From Armatimonadia bacterium (GTDB lineage Bacteria > Armatimonadota > Zipacnadia > Zipacnadales > UBA11051), in contig JBDKRC010000250.1 in NCBI GenBank assembly GCA_039683575.1, positions 1 to 34,695 of the forward strand: a stretch of 34,695 bases of DNA, read 5' to 3'. Below the pieces are notes generated by a model, which had not been told where the DNA came from, ran no database searches, and worked only from the letters and a program-made list of their open reading frames with translations. Below are positions 9,680 through 18,180 of this stretch, in pieces; position 1 is the stretch's first letter, and each line of letters begins with the position of its first letter. The translations under genes were made by a program, and so were the position numbers.

Positions 9680-10815
9680 CGGCCCACCAACTGGCTGTAG
9701 AGGCTAACGTGGCCCTCGACCATGTGGGCGAGAGTGTACTCACGCTGAATGAGATCACGCAGGCGGCAGCCCTGGGCGCGGGCAGCGGGCTCGTCATCCA
9801 GCATCGCGGCAATCTGCGCTGCGAAATCGTCCCTGGCGAGCCGCCCCGTGACGCCATGCTTGACAACGTCGCGGTTGCCGGGGATATCGCTGACAACGAC
9901 GGGCAGCCCCGCAGCCCCAGCCTCGAGAATCGCGTAGGGCAGCCCTTCCCACAATGACGGCAGCACGAAGACATCGAGGGCCTGCAGAAGCTCTGGGATG
10001 TCTGTACGGCGGCCAAGGAAATGGACCAGATCACTGAGCCCAAGGCTGCCCGACAGTGCCTCCAGTTCGGCCCGCAACGGACCGTCGCCAGCAACCACGA
10101 AGTGCGGCGTAGCTGGGCCGCGCTGCTCATTGAGGGCGGCAGCGGCATACAGGAGGCGGTCGAGGCCCTTCTGGGGGACCAGGGCGGCTACCGTGCCGAC
10201 GACCTGAACGCCTTCAGGGAGGCCGAGGTCCAGGCGGTAAGCCTCGCGATCAATCTCGATCTCGAACTCTTCTGCGCGGACGCCGTTGGGGATGATGATA
10301 AGGCGGTCGGGTGGAACGAGCCGGTTGTCCAGGGCCAGTTGCTGGCCCCCTTCGCTGACGGCAATGAGGCGATCCGTGCGCCGTCCCGCCCAGCGCTCCA
10401 GAGCCACATACAGCGCATGCTTGAGCCCAGAGGTGCGCATCTGGAAGGGGAAGCCGTGGGGGCTGTAGACTGCGTAAGGCGGGCTGCCCTGTACCAGCCG
10501 GGCGAGGAAACCGCCTTTGGCGCTGTGGCCATGCACGATGTCGGGCTGCCAGTCTCGCACGAGGCGGCGCAGGGCGCGGAGGCATCGCCAGTCCCGCGGA
10601 GGGCTGATCTCCCGCACCATCGGGAGCACGGTGACTTCAATCCCGGCGGCGCGGAGGCGTGTGATGTCTGAGTTGAACCCCTCATCGCGGAGGGTTGAGC
10701 AGACCAGATGCTGGCGAAAGCGAGGCGGCAGGTTAAGGCAGAGGTCCAGCAGATGCCGGCGTGTGCCGCCGACGGTGGCCTCCAGGACGTGCATCAGGCG
10801 GATCTCATCGCCCAA
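9676..10815 (-). CDS. glycosyltransferase family 4
   Basis: PDIVHGHSAK, IIIPNGV, QKGL and DVFVLPSLWEGLPYAILEA (EX7E) motifs. Confidence 0.92.
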   Translation of the reverse strand: MGDEIRLMHVLEATVGGTRRHLLDLCLNLPPRFRQHLVCSTLRDEGFNSDITRLRAAGIEVTVLPMVREISPPRDWRCLRALRRLVRDWQPDIVHGHSAKGGFLARLVQGSPPYAVYSPHGFPFQMRTSGLKHALYVALERWAGRRTDRLIAVSEGGQQLALDNRLVPPDRLIIIPNGVRAEEFEIEIDREAYRLDLGLPEGVQVVGTVAALVPQKGLDRLLYAAAALNEQRGPATPHFVVAGDGPLRAELEALSGSLGLSDLVHFLGRRTDIPELLQALDVFVLPSLWEGLPYAILEAGAAGLPVVVSDIPGNRDVVKHGVTGRLARDDFAAQIAAMLDDEPAARAQGCRLRDLIQREYTLAHMVEGHVSLYSQLVGR

Positions 10816-12520
10816 GGCGCTTCCGCACCTTCTTGGCGACGAACCCGGTCACCATGGACAACTCTTCGATCTTGAGCAACGCGGCGCTGACAAGGAACAC
10901 TCCACCGCCGCCGAAGCCGACTGCGGCCGCCAGCGCGAGCATGCGCATCTTTTTGGCCGCAAAGGGCGGCTGCCACACGGCCAGCACTGGCTGCATCTGA
11001 GTGGCGATCAGGTAGATCACACCGCCCATTACGAGGCTGGCGAGGGCGAGTTTGGCGGTGAACAGCAGGACCACGCGCCGGTCGATGTGGCCGATGCGCT
11101 TGCGCAGCAGCCCATAGAGGATGATGACCTTGGTGGTCTTGCTGATGGTGAGCGCCAACGCTACGGTCGCGAGGGCCCCGGTGGCGCTAATGTAGCCGGC
11201 CGGCCACAGCCACATGACACCGATGTAGCCGATGACAACGTTTGCCATGGCCATGCCCGCGCCCCAGTAGTTCGGGGTCTGGGTGTCCTGGAGGGCAAAG
11301 TACCACTTCATGATGCTGGTTTCGAGGGCGAAGAACAGCAGCCCGGGAGCGTAGCAGAAGAGGGCGAGGGCGGTGCGGGCGGCGTCGTCGGAAGTCATCT
11401 GACCATGCTCGTAGACGATGGTGATGATCGGACGCGCCATGAACATCATCGCGACCGAGATTGGCACGAAGATGAAGGCCATCACGCGGGTCATACCGAC
11501 CAGCGCCTCGGCCAGCTTGTCCCTGTCGCCTCGGGCTGCCCATTCGGAGAGGAAGGGGTAGACGACGAAGCTGATGGCGAGGGGGATAATCTGGAGCGCG
11601 GAATCGCCCATGGTGCGGGCGAAGGTGAGGTTGGTGTACATGCTGGGGCCGATGGCGTCGGCGTAGATGCTGTCGGCGTAGTTGCGGAAGTAGGCGGCGG
11701 CCATGCCCAGCAGCAGGGGCGGCATGAGGCTGAAGACGGTGCGGGTGCTGGCGCTGCGGAAGGGATTGAGGAGCGCGCGGTAGTTGCGGAGCCGGGACCA
11801 CAGGCCCGGCAACATGGTGAGAAAGCGCAAGGAGGCACCGAGGAGGGCGCCGAGGGCGGCGGCGAGGATGCCGTGGGGGCCCTTGGGGTCCCAGAGAATA
11901 TAGACGCCGACGACGATGCCGGCGGCGCTGCCGGTGCGGAACATGAATTCGGCGACGGCGGGCAGGGTGAAGCGCTTGTAGGCGTGGAGGGTCAATTCGG
12001 GGATGAGCGACATGCCCATGAAGATGACCGCGGGGGCCATCAAGCGCAGCATCAGCACGGCCAGGGGGAAGCCGACCGGGTCTTCGGCCATGACCTTCCA
12101 CGAGAGGCGAATGACCTGCGGGGCAAAGAGTTCGAAGAAGAGGGTCAGGGCGAGGAGAAAGACGAGGGCCAGGTTGCCGATGATGCTCGTGACCTGCCAG
12201 GCCTTGGGCTCGCCCTCTTCCTTGCGGTCGCGGACGAATTGCGGCAGGTAGGCCGGGCGGATGGTCTTTTCGAGGTTCGTATACATCCCATAGATGAGGA
12301 CGTTGTAGACCTTGTAGAAGGCGTCGGTGCGCACATCGCTGCCAAAATAGCCGGAGATAAGCATGCTCTTGGCATACCCGGCTATTTTGCCCAGGAAGAG
12401 GAAGAACGAGATGATGATGCCGCCCATAGCCATGCGTCGGCCAGCGGTGGCATCATCGTGTTGCGCCTGCGGTATTTCTTCCGGGATCACATGATCCTCG
12501 GCGGTATGCAAATCATCCAT
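10805..12520 (-). CDS. murJ: MurJ/MviN-family (MOP) flippase
   Basis: GKIAGYAK..LIS.YFG...TDAFY, YLPQF, PIITIVYEHGQMT.DDA..TALAL and FALQDTQTP motifs; multi-TM. Substrate (lipid II or a cluster-specific glycan) is unresolved. Confidence 0.85.
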   Translation of the reverse strand: MDDLHTAEDHVIPEEIPQAQHDDATAGRRMAMGGIIISFFLFLGKIAGYAKSMLISGYFGSDVRTDAFYKVYNVLIYGMYTNLEKTIRPAYLPQFVRDRKEEGEPKAWQVTSIIGNLALVFLLALTLFFELFAPQVIRLSWKVMAEDPVGFPLAVLMLRLMAPAVIFMGMSLIPELTLHAYKRFTLPAVAEFMFRTGSAAGIVVGVYILWDPKGPHGILAAALGALLGASLRFLTMLPGLWSRLRNYRALLNPFRSASTRTVFSLMPPLLLGMAAAYFRNYADSIYADAIGPSMYTNLTFARTMGDSALQIIPLAISFVVYPFLSEWAARGDRDKLAEALVGMTRVMAFIFVPISVAMMFMARPIITIVYEHGQMTSDDAARTALALFCYAPGLLFFALETSIMKWYFALQDTQTPNYWGAGMAMANVVIGYIGVMWLWPAGYISATGALATVALALTISKTTKVIILYGLLRKRIGHIDRRVVLLFTAKLALASLVMGGVIYLIATQMQPVLAVWQPPFAAKKMRMLALAAAVGFGGGGVFLVSAALLKIEELSMVTGFVAKKVRKRLGR

Positions 12521-12540
12521 GAAAGCGTTGCTCCCGGAAA

Positions 12541-12563
12541 GCCCGCGGCGGCGGGCGCTACAG
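12541..12563 (-). repeat. short GTAG REP-like palindrome
   Basis: Minus strand CTGTAGCGCCCGCCGCCGCGGGC at the GT4/murJ junction; its TAG is the stop codon of the GT4 gene. Confidence 0.4.
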
Positions 12564-13859
12564 CTCTACTCTCGCCTCGGCTTGATCGGCCAGTGCCGGC
12601 GTCGGAGGCCACTGTCGAAGCCCCAGCGCTTCGGCAAACAGGGCGCCCAGCCGCACCGTGTTCTTCAGCAGGTCGAATTGTTCGGCGGCCCTGAGGCGCG
12701 CTTGCTCAATCAGCCGGCGCCGTAGGGTCTCGTCATTGAGAGCGCGGTCGAGTTGGGCGGCCAGCTCCTGTGGGGCGCCGGGCGGCGCGAGCAGGCCGGT
12801 CTCCTCGTGCTCGATAGCCTCGGGAATGGCGCTGAGGTTACTCGCCACCACCGGCACACCAAACGCCATGGCCTCGAGTATGACGTTGGGCAGGCCGTCA
12901 CGGTCGCCGTCCGCGGCCACGATACTTGCCAGGCAGAAGGCATCGGCGCGGCGGTAGACCTGTGACAGGTCCTCCTGGCTAAGGTGCCCTGCAAACACCA
13001 CCTTATCCCGCAGCCCCAGTCCTCCCGCGAGGCGCTCCAACTCGTCACGCATCGGGCCATCGCCGACGATAACCAACTCGAATTGCACGCCCTGCCCGGA
13101 CAGTATGGCAGCGGCTTGCAGCAGGAACGGGAAACCCTTCTTCTCCACCAGGCGCCCCACCGAGACTATCATCGGCAGGCGGTAGTTGACATGCGACTGC
13201 CGGGAGAGCTTTTCGACTTCGATGCCGTGGTAGATGAGGTGGAGCTTGTCTGAGGAGGTTAGTGAATGATTGCGCTGCAAACGTTCCAGGCCATAGCGGG
13301 TACAGACCGTGACGAAGTCAGCTTCCTGAAGCTTGCGGGAGAGGAGAATGGTGTTCTCGCCAAAAATGTCCTGCGCGTGGCATGAGATGGAGAAGCTGCT
13401 GCTGCAAAGCTCGGCGAGCAGCAGGCCGACGGTGGCCGGGTAGCTGGCGAAGTGGGCGTGGATATGGCGCGTGGCGCGACGGTCGAGGCGTCCTGAGAAC
13501 CAACAGGCGGCGAGGAATGCGGAAACCAGTTCGCGTGCGTAGCCTGGGTGCATCACCGCATTTCGCAGCACGAAGAGCAAGGCCGAGATGAAGCCGAACG
13601 GGTGCTGCGCCAGGGCCCTGATAGACGCGCCAAACGATGCAGCGGAGAGGGGGCGGGGGCGATAGAGCGTGCGGCCACGGAAGGCCTCGGCGTCGGCGTG
13701 TACCGGGCCCTGCGCAGGCGGGTCAATGGAGAGCGGAATCAGGTGATAGCCCATCTCTTCCAGGGCCCGCATCTCGCGAAGGATGAAGGTCTCGGAGATG
13801 GAGGGGAACTGTCCCAGGACGTAGACCAGTTTGTGGCGACGCTTTTCAGCCGCTCGCAT
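12558..13859 (-). CDS. glycosyltransferase family 4 (WcaL/AmsK-like)
   Basis: FPSISETFILRE, HIHAHFA, VGRLVEKKG and DGDRDGLPNVILEAMA motifs. Confidence 0.92.
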   Translation of the reverse strand: MRAAEKRRHKLVYVLGQFPSISETFILREMRALEEMGYHLIPLSIDPPAQGPVHADAEAFRGRTLYRPRPLSAASFGASIRALAQHPFGFISALLFVLRNAVMHPGYARELVSAFLAACWFSGRLDRRATRHIHAHFASYPATVGLLLAELCSSSFSISCHAQDIFGENTILLSRKLQEADFVTVCTRYGLERLQRNHSLTSSDKLHLIYHGIEVEKLSRQSHVNYRLPMIVSVGRLVEKKGFPFLLQAAAILSGQGVQFELVIVGDGPMRDELERLAGGLGLRDKVVFAGHLSQEDLSQVYRRADAFCLASIVAADGDRDGLPNVILEAMAFGVPVVASNLSAIPEAIEHEETGLLAPPGAPQELAAQLDRALNDETLRRRLIEQARLRAAEQFDLLKNTVRLGALFAEALGLRQWPPTPALADQAEARVEL

Positions 13860-14964
13860 GCGCGACTTCCTCGTAAAGCGCCACCACCGCGGCGGCGTGA
13901 CGCTCCCAGGTGAATTGCTGCGCGTGCCGCAGGCCTCGGTCGCGCAGTTCAGCCAGCCGTGCTTGATCCCCCAGGAGGGCGCTTAGGGCCTCAGCCAGTC
14001 CCTCCGGCGGCCCCAGCGGCACGACCTGAGCAGCAGGTCCGGCCACTTCGACCAACGCCGGGGCATCCGACACAAGCGCCGGGGTGCCGCACGCCATCGC
14101 CTCCAGCGGCGGCAGACCCATGCCCTCCGTCAGCGACCATTGTACCAGAAGGTCGGCGGCGGTGTACAGGGCGGGCAGGTCAGCCTGGGCAACGTAACCA
14201 GGGAGGTGGAAGCGTTGCGGGTAGGCCGAAGCCGCCAACGCGCGGGTGACGTCGGCATAGTCCCAGCCCCATGCCCCCGCCAGCACAAGATCGTGCGGCA
14301 GGCCGCACCCAGCGGCCATATCGAAGGCCTGCACCACCGCCGCCAGGTTCTTTTTGGGCTCGATATTGCCCACGCAGAGGACGAAACGGTCAGGCAGGTT
14401 GAGGCGCTTCCTAAGCTCGGCGACCCGCTCTGGTCCGACAGGGCGGTACTGCCTGTCGAGGCCCAGGGGAATCGTCCGGAGCTTCGGGGTCACCTCAGGA
14501 AACCTGTCACGCACGACCTGTGCGACCGCATCGGTAGGGACGACTACCCGGCCAGCACGGCGAAGGCTGCGAGGCAACATGCGGCCATAGTGCCAGACGT
14601 TGCTCCGCTTGCAGTACTGTGGGGACTGCAGGGCGATGAGGTCGTAGACCGTCAGGACCGATGGTCCGCGCCAGCGCAGGGGCATGATGTAGCCAGGGGC
14701 ATGGAGCACGTCACACCGCCCGCGCAGCGCCGAAGGCAGCGCGTACTGCTCGTACAGGATGCGGCTCAGGCGATCGTTGACCCACGAGGGGGCGGGGAAG
14801 GGAGTAAGGCCAGGCGGGACGCGCTTTGCGTACTCTCGGCGGCAGATGAGGAGATACTCGTGCTGAGGCGCAACCTCTGGCAGCGCACGCGCCAGGCCTT
14901 CGATGGCCTGCTCCACGCCGCTGTGAGGTCCGCCCAGCAGCAGGGCGTCCAAGGCGATGCGCAT
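13846..14964 (-). CDS. glycosyltransferase family 4 (mannosyl/rhamnosyltransferase-like, MtfB/WbpY type)
   Basis: MRIALDA, VLTVYDLI, VGNIEPKKNL, EGMGLPPLEAMACG and FTWE motifs. Confidence 0.92.
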   Translation of the reverse strand: MRIALDALLLGGPHSGVEQAIEGLARALPEVAPQHEYLLICRREYAKRVPPGLTPFPAPSWVNDRLSRILYEQYALPSALRGRCDVLHAPGYIMPLRWRGPSVLTVYDLIALQSPQYCKRSNVWHYGRMLPRSLRRAGRVVVPTDAVAQVVRDRFPEVTPKLRTIPLGLDRQYRPVGPERVAELRKRLNLPDRFVLCVGNIEPKKNLAAVVQAFDMAAGCGLPHDLVLAGAWGWDYADVTRALAASAYPQRFHLPGYVAQADLPALYTAADLLVQWSLTEGMGLPPLEAMACGTPALVSDAPALVEVAGPAAQVVPLGPPEGLAEALSALLGDQARLAELRDRGLRHAQQFTWERHAAAVVALYEEVAHASG

Positions 14965-14967
14965 GGC

Positions 14968-16152
14968 TTACCGCCCGCCGTCATCAGACATGATGTCGCG
15001 GTAGAGGTGCACCATGGTCGGGGTGAGGGTCTCCTGGCTGAAGTCCTCGGCGCGTCGCAGACCTCCCTGCCGGAGGCTTTCGGCCAGTTCCGGGCCTTCC
15101 AGGACACGCAGGACTGCCTTGGCGAGGGCGGAGGGGTCGAGAGGGGGCACCAGAAGACCGCTCTCACCGTCCTCGAGGATCTCGGCGGGCCCAGCCTGAT
15201 TGATAGCGACCACGGGCGTCCCCACAGCAAGCGCCTCAAGCACCACGCGCCCGAAGGGCTCTTTCTCCGCCGGATGGGCCAGTACATCCAGCGCCGCCAG
15301 CGCCGAGGCGGGCTCGGCGGTATGCGCGACCCAGGCTACAGCCTGCCGCAAACCCAGATCGTCCACCAGGCGGCGCAGCTCAGCGGCATACTCGCGATTC
15401 TCCCTGAAGGCGTCGTCGCCGATGAGCACGAGACGCGCTTCAGGAAGGGCCTGTAGTATCGCCGGCATCGCCCGCAGCAGCACGTCCTGCCGCTTCCACG
15501 GCACCACCTGGCCCATATACCCGATCAGAGGCGCATCCGCCGGTATCCCCCACTCGCGCCGCAGACTGTGGCGGGAGCGCGTCGCGGCGGTATCGCGGGA
15601 CGTTAGCCCGTTGTGTATCACCTGAACCGGGGCGCCGTGCGGGGCCTCAGCAGCCACGTAGTCAGCCACGGCACGGGAGATTGCGACGACGGCAGCCGCC
15701 TTCCGACGCACGAGTCTCATGAGCCGGCGGGGCAGTCTCAGGTCGCGGACGTGCCAGATGACCGGCACTCCGGTGCATCTCACGGCCGCCCAGGCCGCAA
15801 CGGGGCCGTTGGCATGCACGAGGTCCGGCCGAAGGAGCTCGCAGACACTACCCAGGGATCGGCAGAAGACGAGGAAATGGTGGAATTGCCGCCAGAGCAG
15901 CAGCGGGTTGAGGGTCCGCCGCAGGCGGCATTCCGGCAGCGGATAGCCCGGGATGCCCAGTTCGTCCGCGGCTGCTATCATTGCGCCATCGGGGGCGGCC
16001 ACATCCGCTTGGACCTGCGCAGGGTCCAGGCTTTCGAGCAGACGCAGAAGGCTTTTGCCCGCCCCCCCGAGCACACCGGTCTCAGACACATATAATACGC
16101 GAAGGGGGCGCGCAGGAGGTGGTAAGTGCTCGGGGCCGTCTTGTTCGCTCAT
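14968..16152 (-). CDS. glycosyltransferase family 4
   Basis: GGAGKSL, PDLVHAN, WHVRD, PWKRQ and EPFGRVVLEALA motifs. Start placed at ATG 16152, which gives an ATGA overlap with the upstream stop. Confidence 0.9.
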   Translation of the reverse strand: MSEQDGPEHLPPPARPLRVLYVSETGVLGGAGKSLLRLLESLDPAQVQADVAAPDGAMIAAADELGIPGYPLPECRLRRTLNPLLLWRQFHHFLVFCRSLGSVCELLRPDLVHANGPVAAWAAVRCTGVPVIWHVRDLRLPRRLMRLVRRKAAAVVAISRAVADYVAAEAPHGAPVQVIHNGLTSRDTAATRSRHSLRREWGIPADAPLIGYMGQVVPWKRQDVLLRAMPAILQALPEARLVLIGDDAFRENREYAAELRRLVDDLGLRQAVAWVAHTAEPASALAALDVLAHPAEKEPFGRVVLEALAVGTPVVAINQAGPAEILEDGESGLLVPPLDPSALAKAVLRVLEGPELAESLRQGGLRRAEDFSQETLTPTMVHLYRDIMSDDGGR

Positions 16153-16988
16153 CTGGCCTGACTCCGCAGCCACAGCAGGCTCTGGTCGATCACTTCATTC
16201 TCCCACGCAAGGGAGTAGAAAGCGTGGTTCGCTCCGGCGACGAGGTGCTGGTTGAAGCTGCGTCCGGCCCGGCGGCAGAGCGCTTCGTAGTGCGCCAAAG
16301 AGCCGGGGGTGGTTGGATCGTTGCCGCCATAGATGAACAGCCTCTCGCCCTGGAAGCTCATGAACCGCTCGAACCAGTCGATCTCGGCGTCGCTGGCTGC
16401 GCCCTCTTCCCCGGCGCCCTTGCCGCCGCCGCTGATGACCCGGCGTATCTGGTCGAACTGCAGACCGCGCCCGAAGAGCTTCTGCCAGGTCTCACGCCGG
16501 AAGGCTTTCCGAGCATATTGCTGCAGGATCTGCTGCTTCTTCGCGCGGTCGGTCTGGGCACGGTCGCCGGCGACGATCGGGGCAGACCAGAGCACCATCG
16601 CCTGGATTGCCGCTTCCAGCGGGCCAGTGCCTAACGCCACTTCGCTGCCCGAGCAGTCACCAATCAGAGCAGCGTGTGATAGCCCCGTCTCCTGCAGTGC
16701 GAAGCGCGTGGCATTCACGGCGTCTGCGATCATGGTGGTCAAAGTGGCGGCGCGGGTATCACCTTCGGAGTCGCCGCGGCCGCGGAAATCAAAGCGCAGG
16801 CTGCAGAAGCCCTGCTCCTCGGCGCGGCGGGCCATCTTGGTGAACATCTGGTGGGGGCCGATGCGGTATCCGGCCCAGCCGTGCAGATACACCAGCGCCA
16901 GCGGCAGGCGCTGAACGTCGTTCGACGGGGTGTGCAGGACCCCAAGGAGGCGATAACCGTCACTATCGAAATAACAATGCTGTTCCAT
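16149..16988 (-). CDS. alpha/beta hydrolase-fold protein, exosortase-system hydrolase 1-like (Cys nucleophile)
   Basis: YRIGPHQMF, LRFDFRGRGDSEG, elbow G-D-C-S-G, GGND and GANH motifs. Start placed at MEQH (16988). Confidence 0.8.
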   Translation of the reverse strand: MEQHCYFDSDGYRLLGVLHTPSNDVQRLPLALVYLHGWAGYRIGPHQMFTKMARRAEEQGFCSLRFDFRGRGDSEGDTRAATLTTMIADAVNATRFALQETGLSHAALIGDCSGSEVALGTGPLEAAIQAMVLWSAPIVAGDRAQTDRAKKQQILQQYARKAFRRETWQKLFGRGLQFDQIRRVISGGGKGAGEEGAASDAEIDWFERFMSFQGERLFIYGGNDPTTPGSLAHYEALCRRAGRSFNQHLVAGANHAFYSLAWENEVIDQSLLWLRSQAR

Positions 16989-17050
16989 GTTGCCTAGTCG
17001 AAGTACCTTATGTCCATTTGGGGTGATTCCGACCCTACGCGGTAAGGGCG

Positions 17051-17881
17051 TTAGATGTGATCCGGCATCCACGAGGCCTGCTGTTCGGCCAGCCAGATCT
17101 CCGTCACTTCAACCACTGGTCGCGCCTCGATCAGGCCGATACGGTTCCAGAACGGCTCCTGCCGGACCGCGGCGACGCGGCCATTGAGCAGGTCGGCTAA
17201 CTCCCGATACGGCTCGCCGGGTTGCTCACGGGAGCCGATATTGACCACGAGGGCAGGGCCGCTCCACTGGGGCTTGTGTCCCAGCAGGTCGATGGCCTCG
17301 ATCTGGTTGCGCATCTCTGCGGAGATCAAATACCCGTCGAAATCATACACGTCCTGCTGACGCGATTGCCGCACCTCGGCGGCGTCGAACTTCTCCTGGT
17401 CGGTCAGCATGGACTTGATGAGCGAACGGCGTAGGTTCTGGGTCAGGTACTGCTTGCCGTTGATGACCGGCTCCCACAGCGCCAGGAAGTCTATGTCGCC
17501 ACTGGCTTCCGCCGCTGCCAGGGCCAGCGAGCCGCCCAGCCGCAGGCCCAGCAGACCAAGAGTGCTAACGCCCATGACCTGTCGCAAGTGCTGGGCAGCA
17601 GCGAGGATGTCCTCGATCCAAAGCTCTGGCGTGGCCTCGGCGAACTCGCCGGGGCTATCGCCGGTACCGCGGTAGTCAAACCGCATGCACCCAATATCGG
17701 CTTCGCAAAAGGCCCGCGCGGCCTCCACCATGATGCGGTGGGCGCACTTCTTCTCCTCAGCGAAGGGATCGCAGAACAGCATCCCCCACTTTGGGTGTGA
17801 ACCCTCCAGGCAGCCATGCACAATGGCGTGCAGCGGGACGGGGCCGGGGATCACAGCCACGGACTCTTGCGTCCGGACCAT
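17051..17881 (-). CDS. alpha/beta hydrolase-fold protein, exosortase-system hydrolase 2-like (Arg at nucleophile position)
   Basis: PFAEEK, RFDYRGTGDSPGEF, elbow G-L-R-L-G-G, LWEPV.NG and C-terminal EPFW. Confidence 0.82.
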   Translation of the reverse strand: MVRTQESVAVIPGPVPLHAIVHGCLEGSHPKWGMLFCDPFAEEKKCAHRIMVEAARAFCEADIGCMRFDYRGTGDSPGEFAEATPELWIEDILAAAQHLRQVMGVSTLGLLGLRLGGSLALAAAEASGDIDFLALWEPVINGKQYLTQNLRRSLIKSMLTDQEKFDAAEVRQSRQQDVYDFDGYLISAEMRNQIEAIDLLGHKPQWSGPALVVNIGSREQPGEPYRELADLLNGRVAAVRQEPFWNRIGLIEARPVVEVTEIWLAEQQASWMPDHI

Positions 17882-17886
17882 TGTGG

Positions 17887-18144
17887 CTAACCTCGCTTTT
17901 CGGCGACGTACGCGGCGATACTATCGACAGTCGAGAAGGTCTCCGTATTGAAGTCGGCGTCTTCGAGTGAGATGCCGAAGTCTTCTTCCAGGCCCACCAC
18001 GATCTCAAACAGGTTCACCGAATCGATACCATAGCTGTCCATGAGGTTGGCATCATCGACTATGTCGGCGGGCTCGACATTGAGGAACAGCCTTTCCACG
18101 ATCATGTCCTTGATCTGCTGCTTCAGTTCAGCATCCACTGCCAT
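17887..18144 (-). CDS. acyl carrier protein
   Basis: 85 aa, acidic, YGIDSV phosphopantetheine Ser motif, LEEDFGI. AGGAGG RBS. Confidence 0.92.
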   Translation of the reverse strand: MAVDAELKQQIKDMIVERLFLNVEPADIVDDANLMDSYGIDSVNLFEIVVGLEEDFGISLEDADFNTETFSTVDSIAAYVAEKRG

Positions 18145-18180
18145 GGCAACCTCCTGTGTAATGCCCGAAGCGTGCGCCTA

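Noticed and set aside
10517-12694. 725-aa plus-strand ORF and the other long plus-strand ORFs (e.g. 250-1428, 14140-15456, 18628-19782, 25989-27125, 33559-34584)
   Set aside because: Antisense shadows of well-supported minus-strand genes in GC-rich DNA; no recognisable motifs.
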